From positions 256,001 through 320,000 of the forward strand of contig OZ242010.1 in the NCBI GenBank assembly GCA_965204745.1: a stretch of DNA of 64,000 nucleotides. Reading direction: 5' to 3'. The translations under genes were made by a program, and so were the position numbers. Below the pieces are notes generated by a model. That model was not told where the DNA came from, did not search any database, and saw only the letters and a program-made list of their open reading frames with translations. The DNA is from Candidatus Latescibacterota bacterium. GTDB taxonomy: Bacteria > Latescibacterota > UBA2968. This document shows, piece after piece, positions 39,417 to 50,116 of the stretch (the stretch's first letter is position 1; each line of letters begins with the position of its first letter).

Positions 39417-40544
39417 ATGCGCGAACTGATGATTATTGACGGGCATCTCGACATGGCGTACAACGCGCTGTTTTACCGGCGCGACCTCACGCAACCCATC
39501 TATACATTGCGCGAGCGCGAAGACAGTCGCGTGGGGGGCTCGTCCGCCCATCCGGATTCGCTGGACCAACGGCGAGGGCCACAGCCCAAGCGGTTCACGC
39601 CAACGGTGTGTTTGCCCGAAATGCGAAAAGGGCGCGTGGGCATCATGCTGTCGACGATTATGTGTCGCGTGCAAAATCCGCAGGACAACCGGCACAATAC
39701 GGTGCGAACCCAAGACGTGGCCTACGCGCGCGGGCAATCCCATCTCGCTTATTACCGCGCGTTGGAACAACGCGGAGAAATTCGATTTATCACGTCTATC
39801 GCCGATCTCAACGCCTGTGTTGCAGACTGGGAAAACCCATCTGACCGCACGCCTGTGGGATTGATTTTGTCGATGGAAAGCGCGGATCCGATTCTCGATC
39901 CCGATCAGGTGGACGAATGGCATGCGGCCGGGTTGCGATCCGTGTCGCTAACGCATTTTGGCGCGAATACGTACGGGCATGGCACGGGCACGGCGGGCGG
40001 GTTGTACCCCCCTGCGTACGCGCTGATGGACGCCCTATCCGAGACCGACATCGCGCTGGATCTCACGCATGCGGCGGATCTCACCTTCTGGCAGATTTTG
40101 GCGTATTGGAAAGGGCCCGTGCATGCCAGCCATTGCAACTGCCGCGCTTTGGTGCCGGGGCAACGGCATTTGTCGGACGATATGATCCGCGCGATTACGG
40201 ACCGCGGGGGCGTGCTCGGCATGGTCTTCGCCGAGCAGATGTTGTCTCCTGCGTGGGATTGGGACGACCCGCGCACGCACTATGCCACGGCGACCCGGCC
40301 GATGCGGGCCGTGCTCGAACACGTCGATCACATCTGCGAACTCACGGGCAGCACCGATCACGTCGCTTATGGCACGGACCTCGACGGCGGCTTTGGGCTA
40401 GAACTCTCGCCCACCGATTATCACACCATCGCCGATTTGCAACGCTTTTTGTCGCTCATGCGCGATCACGGGTACGGAGAAGACGACATAGCCGGGTTTG
40501 CCCACGGGAATTTGATTCGGTTTTTCACCGAGGCTTGGCACTGA
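39417..40544 (+). CDS. Membrane dipeptidase (peptidase M19)
   Basis: DGHLD, MESAD, DLTH, ASHCN, GTDLDGG. Confidence 0.9.
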   Translation: MRELMIIDGHLDMAYNALFYRRDLTQPIYTLREREDSRVGGSSAHPDSLDQRRGPQPKRFTPTVCLPEMRKGRVGIMLSTIMCRVQNPQDNRHNTVRTQDVAYARGQSHLAYYRALEQRGEIRFITSIADLNACVADWENPSDRTPVGLILSMESADPILDPDQVDEWHAAGLRSVSLTHFGANTYGHGTGTAGGLYPPAYALMDALSETDIALDLTHAADLTFWQILAYWKGPVHASHCNCRALVPGQRHLSDDMIRAITDRGGVLGMVFAEQMLSPAWDWDDPRTHYATATRPMRAVLEHVDHICELTGSTDHVAYGTDLDGGFGLELSPTDYHTIADLQRFLSLMRDHGYGEDDIAGFAHGNLIRFFTEAWH

Positions 40545-40859
40545 TCAAGTCTGCAATAAATCCAAGCCCGCAGTGGTTGAAGGGTGGGGCAGGGACTGAC
40601 CACTGACTACTGACCACTTGAGCGGGATAGCGCGGCTACCTTCTCTCCTCTTGTATCTTTGCACGGGGGCATCGCCCCTACACACTGCTCGCCTTTGAAC
40701 GGGCTATCGCTAGTTGAGTTGTACCCTTTTTGTGCCTTTTGTGCCTTTGAACTGGCTGTCGCCAGTTGTACCCCGCTCGTGGCTAAACTTCCATCTTACC
40801 TCTCCCGTCTTACCTCTCACCGAAGGGGGTTGGGCGGGGCGGAAACTGACCACTGCCTT

Positions 40860-41579
40860 ATGAAAATTGCACACATCTCCGACTTCCATCTCCGTCACCA
40901 TCTCCCCGATGGCGATGGCGAGATGGCGAACCTCATTTCTGAAGCCGTGCGTCAACTCGCCGCGCACGCGCCCGATTTGGTCGTTGTGACCGGTGATTTG
41001 GTCCACTATCCCCTCGACGCATTGGACGACCCGGCTACGGTCGCGTTGGGAGAAAAGGATCTCTGCCTCGTGCGCGAATGTTTTGCTCGCCTCACTTGCC
41101 CGGTCGCTTATGTGTATGGCAACCACGATCACCCCGCGTCTTTTCGCCGCATTTTTTGCGATTTTGAGTTCGATGCCGCTGGCTTTCGCGTGATCGCGTT
41201 TTTAGACGATGAAGGGGATCACCACGTTCCGCAGCGCGTGGGGGCGGAATTGGATCGGTTTTACGCCGTGGTGTCAGATGCTGATCCGCGTCCACAAATT
41301 CACTTGCAACACTATCCGATCGCGCCCGAATGCGATGGGGAGTATCCGTTTAACTACGGCAATGCCGCTGCGTTGAAAGCCGCGCTACTCGCGGATGCGC
41401 GGCCCAAACTCGTTCTCAGCGGGCATTATCACGAGGGCGTGCCGCTCATGGCTGAAGACCATGTCTATTTTGCCACGGCCCGCGCTTTTCGCGATCCGCC
41501 CCATCCCTATTGCCTGTACGCGGTGGCAGACGCGCATATCACGCAGACCCATTACACCTTGCGCCCGGAGTGTAGATGA
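40860..41579 (+). CDS. Calcineurin-like metallophosphoesterase
   Basis: SDFH, TGDL, GNHD, SGHYH. Confidence 0.9.
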   Translation: MKIAHISDFHLRHHLPDGDGEMANLISEAVRQLAAHAPDLVVVTGDLVHYPLDALDDPATVALGEKDLCLVRECFARLTCPVAYVYGNHDHPASFRRIFCDFEFDAAGFRVIAFLDDEGDHHVPQRVGAELDRFYAVVSDADPRPQIHLQHYPIAPECDGEYPFNYGNAAALKAALLADARPKLVLSGHYHEGVPLMAEDHVYFATARAFRDPPHPYCLYAVADAHITQTHYTLRPECR

Positions 41580-42148
41580 CCTTTTCTGCCCGACATATTT
41601 TTGGATTGGCCGCCGCTGTTTTGCTGATCGTCTGTGTTTTTTGGGGTATCGGCTATCACAGCGCGTTGCACCGCGCCCTCGCCGTGCCGCCCATCTCGGT
41701 CGATGGCTCGAAGATAGCCCGGTTGATAGCGGCCTATCACGCGCTCGATGAAACGCCCGGGTTGACGCGATCCCTGTCCAGAACACTCGCCCCGGGCCAG
41801 CCCATTCGCGGGTTGGTTTTTTTTGTGTTCCTCGGGTTCACGCCACAGGAAAAGCAAGTCGCCGCGTATTTGCACCACGCGCAATTTGGGCCTGTGCGCG
41901 GTATTGACCGGGCAGCCCAATACCATTTTGGCGTTCCCCATGCCAAACTCGCGGTGGGCGAGGTTCTGTTGCTGTGCGATCTCGCACGAGGTGCCGATCA
42001 GCCGATGCACGATCCCATCGCCGCGCTCCACCGCCGAGACGCGCTCCTGTCCGCTTTGCACGCGAGCGGTTTTTTGTCCCTCGCCGAGTACCGCAACGAG
42101 CACGAGCGCGCCCTGTCCCTTTCAGCCAGCCATCGCCCAGTGAATTGA
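41576..42148 (+). CDS. Membrane-anchored protein with degenerate transglycosylase (GT51)-like domain
   Basis: N-terminal TM; YLHHAQFG..GIDRAAQYHFG..L...E; no EDxxF catalytic motif seen. Confidence 0.55.
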   Translation: MTFSARHIFGLAAAVLLIVCVFWGIGYHSALHRALAVPPISVDGSKIARLIAAYHALDETPGLTRSLSRTLAPGQPIRGLVFFVFLGFTPQEKQVAAYLHHAQFGPVRGIDRAAQYHFGVPHAKLAVGEVLLLCDLARGADQPMHDPIAALHRRDALLSALHASGFLSLAEYRNEHERALSLSASHRPVN

Positions 42149-42264
42149 TCCCTCGCAAAAAAATGACGCTCCGCATTCTCATCTGGACATCGGGCCTTGG
42201 CCGCCCACCACTTGGACGGAGAACATCTGATATGGATTTTGCAAGTTGTGGGAAAGGAGAATCC

Positions 42265-43374
42265 ATGCCGCGACTCACGGGTAAGGTCAGCGACTTTTTG
42301 AAGATCGGCGTTGCTGCTGCGGGGCGCGGCGATTTGGAGACCGTGCGACAGGTGCTGGCGGAAAGGCCGGATTGGTTGGGGCGCGTCGGGTCGCACGGGC
42401 GCACGATGCTGTGGGAAGCCGCGTATCGCGGGCGGTTGGCGATAGTCGAAATGTTGCTCGACCGCGGTGCAGACATCCACGCCTGGGGCTGTCATTTCAC
42501 GCCGCTGTTGGTGGATATTTCGCCCTATTGCGCGGCGCGGCTCAAGAAACACGACGCGGTTGCCGATGCGTTGCTGGCGCGTGGGGCGACTGTGGATATC
42601 TACACGTTTGCCTATCTCGGCGATGGCGATGCGGTTGCCGAGTGCTTGCGCCGAGATCCGAATCTCGCCACGGCAGAGCGACCGCAACGCGATTCCGATA
42701 TGCGCGCCACGCCATTGCACTACGCGGTCAGCGCGGGGCACTTGGACATCGTCGCATCGCTGCTCGACCACGGCGCAGACCCGCGGCCCTATCCCTGCGA
42801 TCTGGTGCGGTTCTGCATCTGGCGGGATCGGCCGGACATCCTGAAGGTTCTGCTCGACGCCGGGCTCGACCCGGCAATCGCGGAACTGCCTCGATCCGGT
42901 CTCACCAATCCCGCCATCATCGCCTTGCTCGCACGCCGCGGCGTGACCTGCGATCCAAATCGCGCCGAGGGCGGTTGGCCGCCCATCGTCTTCCAATCTC
43001 GCGGCGACCGCGGCGGCAGTATTGACCGCATCCGCGACCTGATCGCACGCGGCGCGGACGTGAACGCGCGCAACTACAAGGGCCAAACCGCGTTGCACTG
43101 CGCGGCCAAGGCGGGCTTTGCACCTATTGTTTCGCTGCTTCTCAAACGCGGTGCCGAAGTCGATTTGAAAGACAACGAGGGCCAAACCCCACTTATGACC
43201 GCTTTGCGCTCGACCATCAAAAACGAGGACAGGCTCCGCGAAGTCATTCGCCTTCTCACAGCCGCGGGCGCGAATCCCGACAGCACAGACCGCCGCGGGC
43301 ACACGCCGCGCCTCATCGCCACGCGCAAACGCGATGCAGACGCTTGGCTCATCGCCCTGGGCAAAAAAAATTGA
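42265..43374 (+). CDS. Ankyrin-repeat protein
   Basis: TPLHYA, TALHCAA, TPLMTA repeats; AGGAG RBS. Confidence 0.9.
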   Translation: MPRLTGKVSDFLKIGVAAAGRGDLETVRQVLAERPDWLGRVGSHGRTMLWEAAYRGRLAIVEMLLDRGADIHAWGCHFTPLLVDISPYCAARLKKHDAVADALLARGATVDIYTFAYLGDGDAVAECLRRDPNLATAERPQRDSDMRATPLHYAVSAGHLDIVASLLDHGADPRPYPCDLVRFCIWRDRPDILKVLLDAGLDPAIAELPRSGLTNPAIIALLARRGVTCDPNRAEGGWPPIVFQSRGDRGGSIDRIRDLIARGADVNARNYKGQTALHCAAKAGFAPIVSLLLKRGAEVDLKDNEGQTPLMTALRSTIKNEDRLREVIRLLTAAGANPDSTDRRGHTPRLIATRKRDADAWLIALGKKN

Positions 43375-43754
43375 ATTTTTTCAAAAAATGTGATCGGAGA
43401 TGGTATCCAAGCGCACCATCTGGAATTGCGTCAAAAGATAAGTAATACGCAAAAAGGCGCAATTTTTGACGCAATTAGACGCAATCAATTTTGTAAATAG
43501 TTGTTTTCTTTAGGTTTTCGTCATTTACTTTTATTTTTTCACAATTGATTTATCTGAATGGTGACGCAAAGCCATCAATCACGTTTTAAAAAAAATCTGA
43601 ATTTTTTCAAAAAATGTGATAAGGTATGACATGCCTCGTCACACCTCTGGTTTATCTTTTAGGCACATTCATTGCATTGCGTCTCCCTCGCCAGTTAGCA
43701 TCAACCGCAGAACGGGCGGCGCGCCCATGCCACATACCACACAGGAGGGATTAA

Positions 43755-45602
43755 ATGAGTCGTTACCATCCTCACAGAAGCCTTGAACCAATGCTGGATG
43801 CAGCCCAACATTGGAAAGAGGTTGCCTTGCTGTCAGATGGGGCAGTGTTTGCACAGGAACCGGTGTGGACATTGCCGTATCTTCAAGAGTTGAAGAAATA
43901 TATTATTGATAATCCCTTCAAGGGTGAAGGGGGCTTCATTACTAAAATGGAAAAGCAACTTGTTCCGTCAAAACCCGAAGTCAAACAACTGGCCGCGGAG
44001 ATGTTGTGGGTCTGGTACTTGTGTCCGGACGATAGACCTGGTACTTCTACAAAGCGACAGCGAATTAGACAGGTTTGGGAACTGTCGGAGGATCCCTTTC
44101 CTAATGATTCCAGACTGATGGAAGACGATGTTCTTGCAGGAGCAGGGTCCATCGGACAGGGTATAAGTAAAATATGGGATGATCTGGGGGTCTTCATTCA
44201 CATGATGATCGCCTTCAAAGATCTCGATGAAACGCAACGAGATGAGCTTCTCGATGATGTCTGGAAGTTTGGCGAGTGGCTCGAAACGATTCAAGAACGT
44301 AACCATCGGTCATTACGCAATATGATCATGTTTTTACTTTTTTCGGACGACATTGAGCATATATGGGCTAGAACACACCGAACGCAGATCGTCCAGAAAT
44401 TCACAGAGAGACCTTGGGCAGAGATCAATAAAATGTCCGCATTGGAAATAGACCGGGCACTTCTTGATATACGCCGAAAAAAAGAAAAGGAATATGGCAC
44501 CAAGGACTTGGACTTTTATGAGTTCCCTCTTAAAGAGCTTTGGCAGGACGGCCCTAAACCCAAGCCACCCGACCCGCCTCCGGTGCCACCGGCCATACTA
44601 TATCCATTGAATCAAATCCTTTACGGCCCGCCGGGAACGGGTAAGACTTGGAACACGGTCAATCACGCGCTGGCGATTATCGAGGGCGAGTCTTTGGAGG
44701 AGATTGAACGCGAAGGCCGTGAAGAGGTCAAGGGGCGGTTTGATAAATTGAAAGAGAGCGGTCAGATTGCGATGGTGACGTTTCATCAGAACTTTGCCTA
44801 CGAGGATTTCATTGAGGGCATCAGACCTGTCTTGGATGATAAGGGCGGAAGTGTTGCATACGAATTGTCAGCGGGTGTGTTCAAACAAATGGCTGATCGG
44901 GCCAAGGAAAATGCGGATCAAAAGTACGTCCTGATCATCGACGAGATCAATCGCGGGAATATCGCCAAAATTTTCGGCGAGTTGATCACGCTGATTGAGG
45001 ACACCAAGCGGATCGGCGAGGATGATGCAATGACTGTCGCGTTGCCCTATTCCAAAGAGTCATTCGGCGTGCCGGATAATTTGTATCTCATCGGCACGAT
45101 GAATACCGCTGACCGCTCTATCGCCCTGTTGGATACCGCACTGAGGCGGCGGTTTGAGTTCGTCGAGATGATGCCGAATCCATCCCATGAACTGATCAGC
45201 ACAGATATTGATGGCGTGAATTGTCAGACATTGCTCGCCGCGATGAATGATCGCATCCGTTTTCTATTTGATCGGGAGCATCAGATCGGACATACGTATT
45301 TCATCGGGATCAGTAGCGTGGATGCTCTGGAGAAGGCGTTCAAGACCAAAATCATTCCGCTGTTGCAGGAATACTTTTACGATAGCTGGGAGAAAATCAA
45401 TCAGGTGTTGAATGAGAATGGATTTATTCAAAAAGTCTCCCCGGGAAATTGGCTCTTGGAATCCGACTTGATGGATCGGGATCGCAACGTTTATGAATTG
45501 TTGCCGGCGGATGATGGCAAATGGAAAGAGCCCCAAAGTTACCGTGCGATTTACAAAAAAGACGGACAAGGCGCATCCTCTGAAACCGAACAGGATGGTT
45601 GA
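43755..45602 (+). CDS. McrB-family AAA+ GTPase, N-terminal domain type 1
   Basis: YGPPGTGKT, TFHQ, IIDEINRGN, TMNTADRS, ALRRRF. Confidence 0.92.
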   Translation: MSRYHPHRSLEPMLDAAQHWKEVALLSDGAVFAQEPVWTLPYLQELKKYIIDNPFKGEGGFITKMEKQLVPSKPEVKQLAAEMLWVWYLCPDDRPGTSTKRQRIRQVWELSEDPFPNDSRLMEDDVLAGAGSIGQGISKIWDDLGVFIHMMIAFKDLDETQRDELLDDVWKFGEWLETIQERNHRSLRNMIMFLLFSDDIEHIWARTHRTQIVQKFTERPWAEINKMSALEIDRALLDIRRKKEKEYGTKDLDFYEFPLKELWQDGPKPKPPDPPPVPPAILYPLNQILYGPPGTGKTWNTVNHALAIIEGESLEEIEREGREEVKGRFDKLKESGQIAMVTFHQNFAYEDFIEGIRPVLDDKGGSVAYELSAGVFKQMADRAKENADQKYVLIIDEINRGNIAKIFGELITLIEDTKRIGEDDAMTVALPYSKESFGVPDNLYLIGTMNTADRSIALLDTALRRRFEFVEMMPNPSHELISTDIDGVNCQTLLAAMNDRIRFLFDREHQIGHTYFIGISSVDALEKAFKTKIIPLLQEYFYDSWEKINQVLNENGFIQKVSPGNWLLESDLMDRDRNVYELLPADDGKWKEPQSYRAIYKKDGQGASSETEQDG

Positions 45603-45604
45603 CG

Positions 45605-45832
45605 ATGCCCTTTATCAAAGAATACGGAAAACTGACCGGTCTCAACCGAGATGAATGGCGAGACCTGAAGGACTTCGCACTTGAAAACCAAATGGATCAA
45701 CAGGGCAATCACCGCCCGGTTTTGGTGTCGAAAAACGACCGGTTGTACGCGCAAAACTACGTGGGCATTATCGAAACGCGCAAACGCGAAACGCGATTCA
45801 GACGCTTGGCTCATCGCCAAAAAAAAAATTGA
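45605..45832 (+). pseudogene. Truncated mcrC fused to a copy of the ankyrin-gene 3' end
   Basis: First ~60 codons match 48819 onward, then sequence switches at ACGCGCAA to match 43321-43394. Confidence 0.85.
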
Positions 45833-45940
45833 ATTTTTTGTAAAAATGTGATAAGGTATGATATACCTCGTCACACCTCTGGTTTATTTTGGGGATTATT
45901 TTTTAAGCGGTAGTATTCGTTGATTTTCAAGGAGGAGAAG

Positions 45941-46600
45941 ATGCAGAAACAAACCGAAGTCGCAGAATTTCGCCATCGGGCACTGCTCATCAAAATTAAC
46001 CAGCAATACAGGGAAGGGGCATCGGTGGAAGAGTTGTATGAGGCAACCCGTTACTGTTGGAAAGTCAGTAAATCAAGAGCCGAGAAGGCCGAGGTCATTT
46101 TGGCGGTTTACCAAGGTGAAATTAAAGCGGCATTTATCGCTGACGAATGGCTGGAGGCAACAACTGAGAATTTCCCAGATAGAGGACCCGGAGTGCCCGG
46201 ACGTTTCGGTTTTAACGGACATGAAGCCAGTTCTGACGTTCAAGAGCTTTATGTGGGGAAACGAATCCCTGATAAATACAAACGACGAGGTGACCAGAAT
46301 CCGATTCATTACACCTATGACTATCAGGGGAAACCTTTGCAGGATTCCAAGTAAAATAACGGTTCTGAACCCGATCCAGTTGACAGGCGTGTTGAAAGAA
46401 ATTGCAGAGCGGGCGGCCCGCCCGCCGGGAACGGGTAAGACTTGGAACACGGTCAATTACGCGCTGGCGATTATCGAAGGCAACCTATGGGCGCGCTCGA
46501 AAGTGAAGACCGCAAAGAGGTCAAGGGGCGATTTGATGAATTGGTTGACTACGAATTGTCCAACGGCGTGTTGAAAGAAATTGCAGAGCGGGCGGCGCGC
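45941..46600 (+). pseudogene. Degenerate third McrB: N-terminal domain ORF (45941-46354) plus scrambled AAA fragments
   Basis: After the TAA the frame continues NNGSEPDP (the McrB-2 linker); PPGTGKTWNTVN fragment; 32-nt direct repeat 46386-46417/46565-46596. Confidence 0.7.
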
Positions 46601-46632
46601 CCATGCCACATACCACAAACGGAGATAGTCAA

Positions 46633-48816
46633 ATGAAAGAAATTTATAGCTGGGTACCTTGGTTTCAAGAGTTGGGGAAAAAAATTGAGGCGGAAGGCGA
46701 AGCATATCTGATTGACAAGGCGAAGCAAGTGGACTGGGAAAATGAAAATCCCCCTTTGCTTCAATATGGCGATGAGAATATTGATCCCTTTTCGTTCTTT
46801 TATTTTTTGGCCCAAAAAAATACCAGTAACCAAAGGAAACCAGTGTACGACAGTATTAAAGATGTGTTCGGAGTTGAAAGTCCGCTCCCGGATGCTAGTA
46901 GAGATGATTACTATGTCTTTCCTACTCCCCCGCCGCAGGCCCCAACTCTTTTTCATAATGGGGAAACTTTTCATCCTGAGTTGCTTTGGCGTTTGTTCAG
47001 GCAGGCGGTAAAGGGTGAACCAACGATTGAGAGGGATGATTTTGGAAAAACTTCAGAAGGCGTTGGAGCTCTGGGTATAAAGGGAGTTGGCGTTTCGAAA
47101 TTGACACAAACCCTATTCTTGATAAACCCGACATATTTCCTTCCCGTGGATGATTCAACTGAGAATGTATCAAAATGTCTGCCGGATTCGCAACTGTCGA
47201 AAAAAATAAAAGCGATGAATAAAGATGGTGGTTATAGGGAATATCTATCTATTTTGGAAAAACTTCAGAAGGCGTTTCCGGAATGTCAGCCTTATGAAAT
47301 CAATATGTTTTTAGACTTGCAATTTAAGCAGAAATCGAAAGTGAAAGTGAGCAATAATTTTTTTCAAATAAGCACTAATGTAAATATACGCGGTAAAAAA
47401 GATCATTGGGATGATTTCAAAAACAATAACAAGGTTTATGTTGGAGCGGAAAATCACTGTCCCCTGACAGAACCCAAGCCAGGGGATGTTATTCTGGTTC
47501 GAACAGGAAGAAAAGAAGGAAGAGGGATTGGCATAGTCACAAAAAATGACTACGAAGGTGGATTTGACGAAAATAGAGCAATTCATGTCTTGTGGATAAA
47601 CAAATCGACAAGTCAATTGGCTAGGAACACGGTTCTGGCTCGTTTTAGTAAGCCCGCCATCAACTCCGAAACATATCTGGCTTTCAAAGAGGTAGAAGCC
47701 TACCAACCTTCGTTTGACTTGCTTGAAAGATTGATAGAAAATTCCACCCAAAACGGTTCTGAACCCGATCCAGATGTCCAGCCATCCGAGGCAGATACCA
47801 TGCAATATCCTTTGAACCAAATCCTTTACGGCCCGCCGGGAACGGGTAAGACTTGGAACACGGTCAATCACGCGCTGGCGATTATCGAGGGCAAGTCTTT
47901 GGAGGAGATTGAACGCGAAGGCCGTGAAGAGGTCAAGAGGCGATTTGATGAATTGAAAAAACAGGGCCAGATTGCGATGGTGACGTTTCATCAGAACTTT
48001 GCCTACGAGGATTTCATTGAGGGCATTAGACCTGTCTTGGATGATGAGGGCGGAAGTGTTGAAGTTGAATACAAATTGTCCAAAGGTGTGTTCAAACAAA
48101 TGGCTGATCGGGCCAGCGGAGATAGGGATCAAAATTACGTCCTGATCATCGACGAGATCAATCGCGGGAATATCGCCAAAATTTTCGGGGAGTTGATCAC
48201 GCTGATTGAGGACACCAAGCGGATCGGCAAGGATGATGAAATGACTGTCGCGTTGCCCTATTCCAAAGAGTCATTCGGCGTGCCGGATAATTTGTATCTC
48301 ATCGGCACGATGAATACCGCGGATCGTTCTATCGCCCTGTTGGATACCGCACTGAGGCGGCGGTTTGAGTTCGTCGAGATGATGCCGAATCCATCCCATG
48401 AACTGATCGGCACAAATATTGATGGCGTGAATTGTCAGACATTGCTCAAAGCGATGAATGAGCGCATCCGTTTTCTATTTGATCGGGAGCATCAGATCGG
48501 ACATACGTATTTCATCGGGGTCGAGAGCATGGATGATCTGGCGAAAGCGTTCAAGACCAAAATCATCCCGCTGTTGCAGGAATACTTTTACGATACTTGG
48601 GAGAAAATCGATCAGGTGTTGAATGAGAATGGATTTATCAAATCAATCGAATTTGATAGCGTGCTGTTCAAGAGTTCAGATTTGATCGTTGAACAGCGGT
48701 CAGTTCATGAATTGTTGCCGGCGGATGATGGCAAATGGAAAGACCCCCAAAGTTACCGTGCGATTTACGAAAAAGACGGACGAGGCGCATCCTCTAAAAC
48801 CGAACAGGATGGTTGA
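46633..48816 (+). CDS. McrB-family AAA+ GTPase, N-terminal domain type 2
   Basis: AAA region nearly identical to the 43755 copy; unrelated ~390-aa N-terminus. Confidence 0.92.
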   Translation: MKEIYSWVPWFQELGKKIEAEGEAYLIDKAKQVDWENENPPLLQYGDENIDPFSFFYFLAQKNTSNQRKPVYDSIKDVFGVESPLPDASRDDYYVFPTPPPQAPTLFHNGETFHPELLWRLFRQAVKGEPTIERDDFGKTSEGVGALGIKGVGVSKLTQTLFLINPTYFLPVDDSTENVSKCLPDSQLSKKIKAMNKDGGYREYLSILEKLQKAFPECQPYEINMFLDLQFKQKSKVKVSNNFFQISTNVNIRGKKDHWDDFKNNNKVYVGAENHCPLTEPKPGDVILVRTGRKEGRGIGIVTKNDYEGGFDENRAIHVLWINKSTSQLARNTVLARFSKPAINSETYLAFKEVEAYQPSFDLLERLIENSTQNGSEPDPDVQPSEADTMQYPLNQILYGPPGTGKTWNTVNHALAIIEGKSLEEIEREGREEVKRRFDELKKQGQIAMVTFHQNFAYEDFIEGIRPVLDDEGGSVEVEYKLSKGVFKQMADRASGDRDQNYVLIIDEINRGNIAKIFGELITLIEDTKRIGKDDEMTVALPYSKESFGVPDNLYLIGTMNTADRSIALLDTALRRRFEFVEMMPNPSHELIGTNIDGVNCQTLLKAMNERIRFLFDREHQIGHTYFIGVESMDDLAKAFKTKIIPLLQEYFYDTWEKIDQVLNENGFIKSIEFDSVLFKSSDLIVEQRSVHELLPADDGKWKDPQSYRAIYEKDGRGASSKTEQDG

Positions 48817-48818
48817 CG

Positions 48819-50072
48819 ATGCCCGTTATCAAAGAATACGAACAACTGACCTGTCTTGGCAAAGATGAATGGCGAGACCTGAAGGACTTCGCGCTTGCCA
48901 ACCAAAATGATCAACAGGGCAATCACCGCCCGGTTTTGGTGTTGAAAAACGACCGGTTGTACGCACAAAACTACGTGGGCATTATCGAAACGCGCAAGGG
49001 CACCGTGCTCGAAATTCTGCCCAAGGTAGATTTTGCCAAAGACGAGGAAGAAACCAAGCGGGTCTTTCTCTCCATGTTGCGGACTTGGCGCGGGTTCAAA
49101 AAAATGGCGCAGTTCAACGCGAGTCACATCGACGCGGTGCGCCGGTTCAATATGCTGGAGGTGTTCGTCCATCTGTTTTTGACCAACCTCGTTCTGCTGA
49201 CGCAACGCGGCCTCGCTCGCAACTATCAGCCTGTGGAAGACAACCTGCCTTGCCTGCGCGGCCGCATCCTGTTTCCGCAACATATCCGGGAGAACGCGGT
49301 CAACCGCGCTCGGTTTTACGTCGGCTATGACGAGTTCACTGCGGATCGCCCGGTCAATCGCCTGATCCACAGCACCATTCGCAAGTTGATGAGGTTCGTG
49401 CAACAGCCGAGAAACCAGCAGTTGCTCTATCAGTTGCGAATTTGCTTTGCTGATATTCCCGAGTCAACGCGGCTCGAAGCGGATTGGCAACAGCATAGCA
49501 TCGACCGTTCCATTCAACACTACGACTCGGTGATGCAGTGGGTCGGGCTATTTTTGTTTGGTCACGGCTTGACCACGTTTGCCGGCAAATATGTCAACCA
49601 GACCTTGTTGTTTCCGATGGAAGATGTATTTGAGGATTTTGTCGCGGCGAGTTTTTGGCGGCATCAGCAACGGTTTTCCGTGCGTTTGCAGGGACCGAGA
49701 GAGTATCTGGTTCGGGACGAACAGGGTATTCTCACCTTTGCAATGAAACCGGATATCAGCCTGATGTCCGATGGCAAAACAAAATTTATCCTCGACACCA
49801 AGTGGAAGCGCGTCAATGAGCAAGCCAATGACCAGAAGCACGGCATTAGCCAAGCCGATATGTACCAGTTGTTCGCGTACGGAAAGAAGTACGGTTGCGA
49901 GCGGGTCGCGCTCATCTATCCGAAAACAGATGCCTTCCATTCTCCCATCCATTACGAGTTTGATGAGACATTGTCTTTGTCTTGCTTCCCCTTTGACGTC
50001 AAGGATCCCAAAGGCAGCGTGGGAGACATAGTGGCACATTTGGAACCCAAAAAAAGAGACGCATTGCGATGA
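48819..50072 (+). CDS. mcrC: McrC-family PD-(D/E)xK nuclease
   Basis: NYVGII, EILPK, FEDFV, MKPDI..ILDTKWK, DMYQLFAY. Confidence 0.92.
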   Translation: MPVIKEYEQLTCLGKDEWRDLKDFALANQNDQQGNHRPVLVLKNDRLYAQNYVGIIETRKGTVLEILPKVDFAKDEEETKRVFLSMLRTWRGFKKMAQFNASHIDAVRRFNMLEVFVHLFLTNLVLLTQRGLARNYQPVEDNLPCLRGRILFPQHIRENAVNRARFYVGYDEFTADRPVNRLIHSTIRKLMRFVQQPRNQQLLYQLRICFADIPESTRLEADWQQHSIDRSIQHYDSVMQWVGLFLFGHGLTTFAGKYVNQTLLFPMEDVFEDFVAASFWRHQQRFSVRLQGPREYLVRDEQGILTFAMKPDISLMSDGKTKFILDTKWKRVNEQANDQKHGISQADMYQLFAYGKKYGCERVALIYPKTDAFHSPIHYEFDETLSLSCFPFDVKDPKGSVGDIVAHLEPKKRDALR

Positions 50073-50084
50073 ATGCGTCTCTTT
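50053..50084. terminator. Bidirectional terminator
   Basis: AAAGAGACGCATT-GCGATG-AATGCGTCTCTTT. Confidence 0.8.
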
Positions 50085-50116
50085 GATTTGATAAACCGAG
50101 GCGATGGCGCGAGGGG

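Noticed and set aside
41974-42264. Long N-terminal extension of the ankyrin ORF (similarly 14948-15073, 15026-15178, 40659-40859)
   Set aside because: They overlap neighbouring genes or repeats; downstream starts fit the family N-termini or have better RBSs
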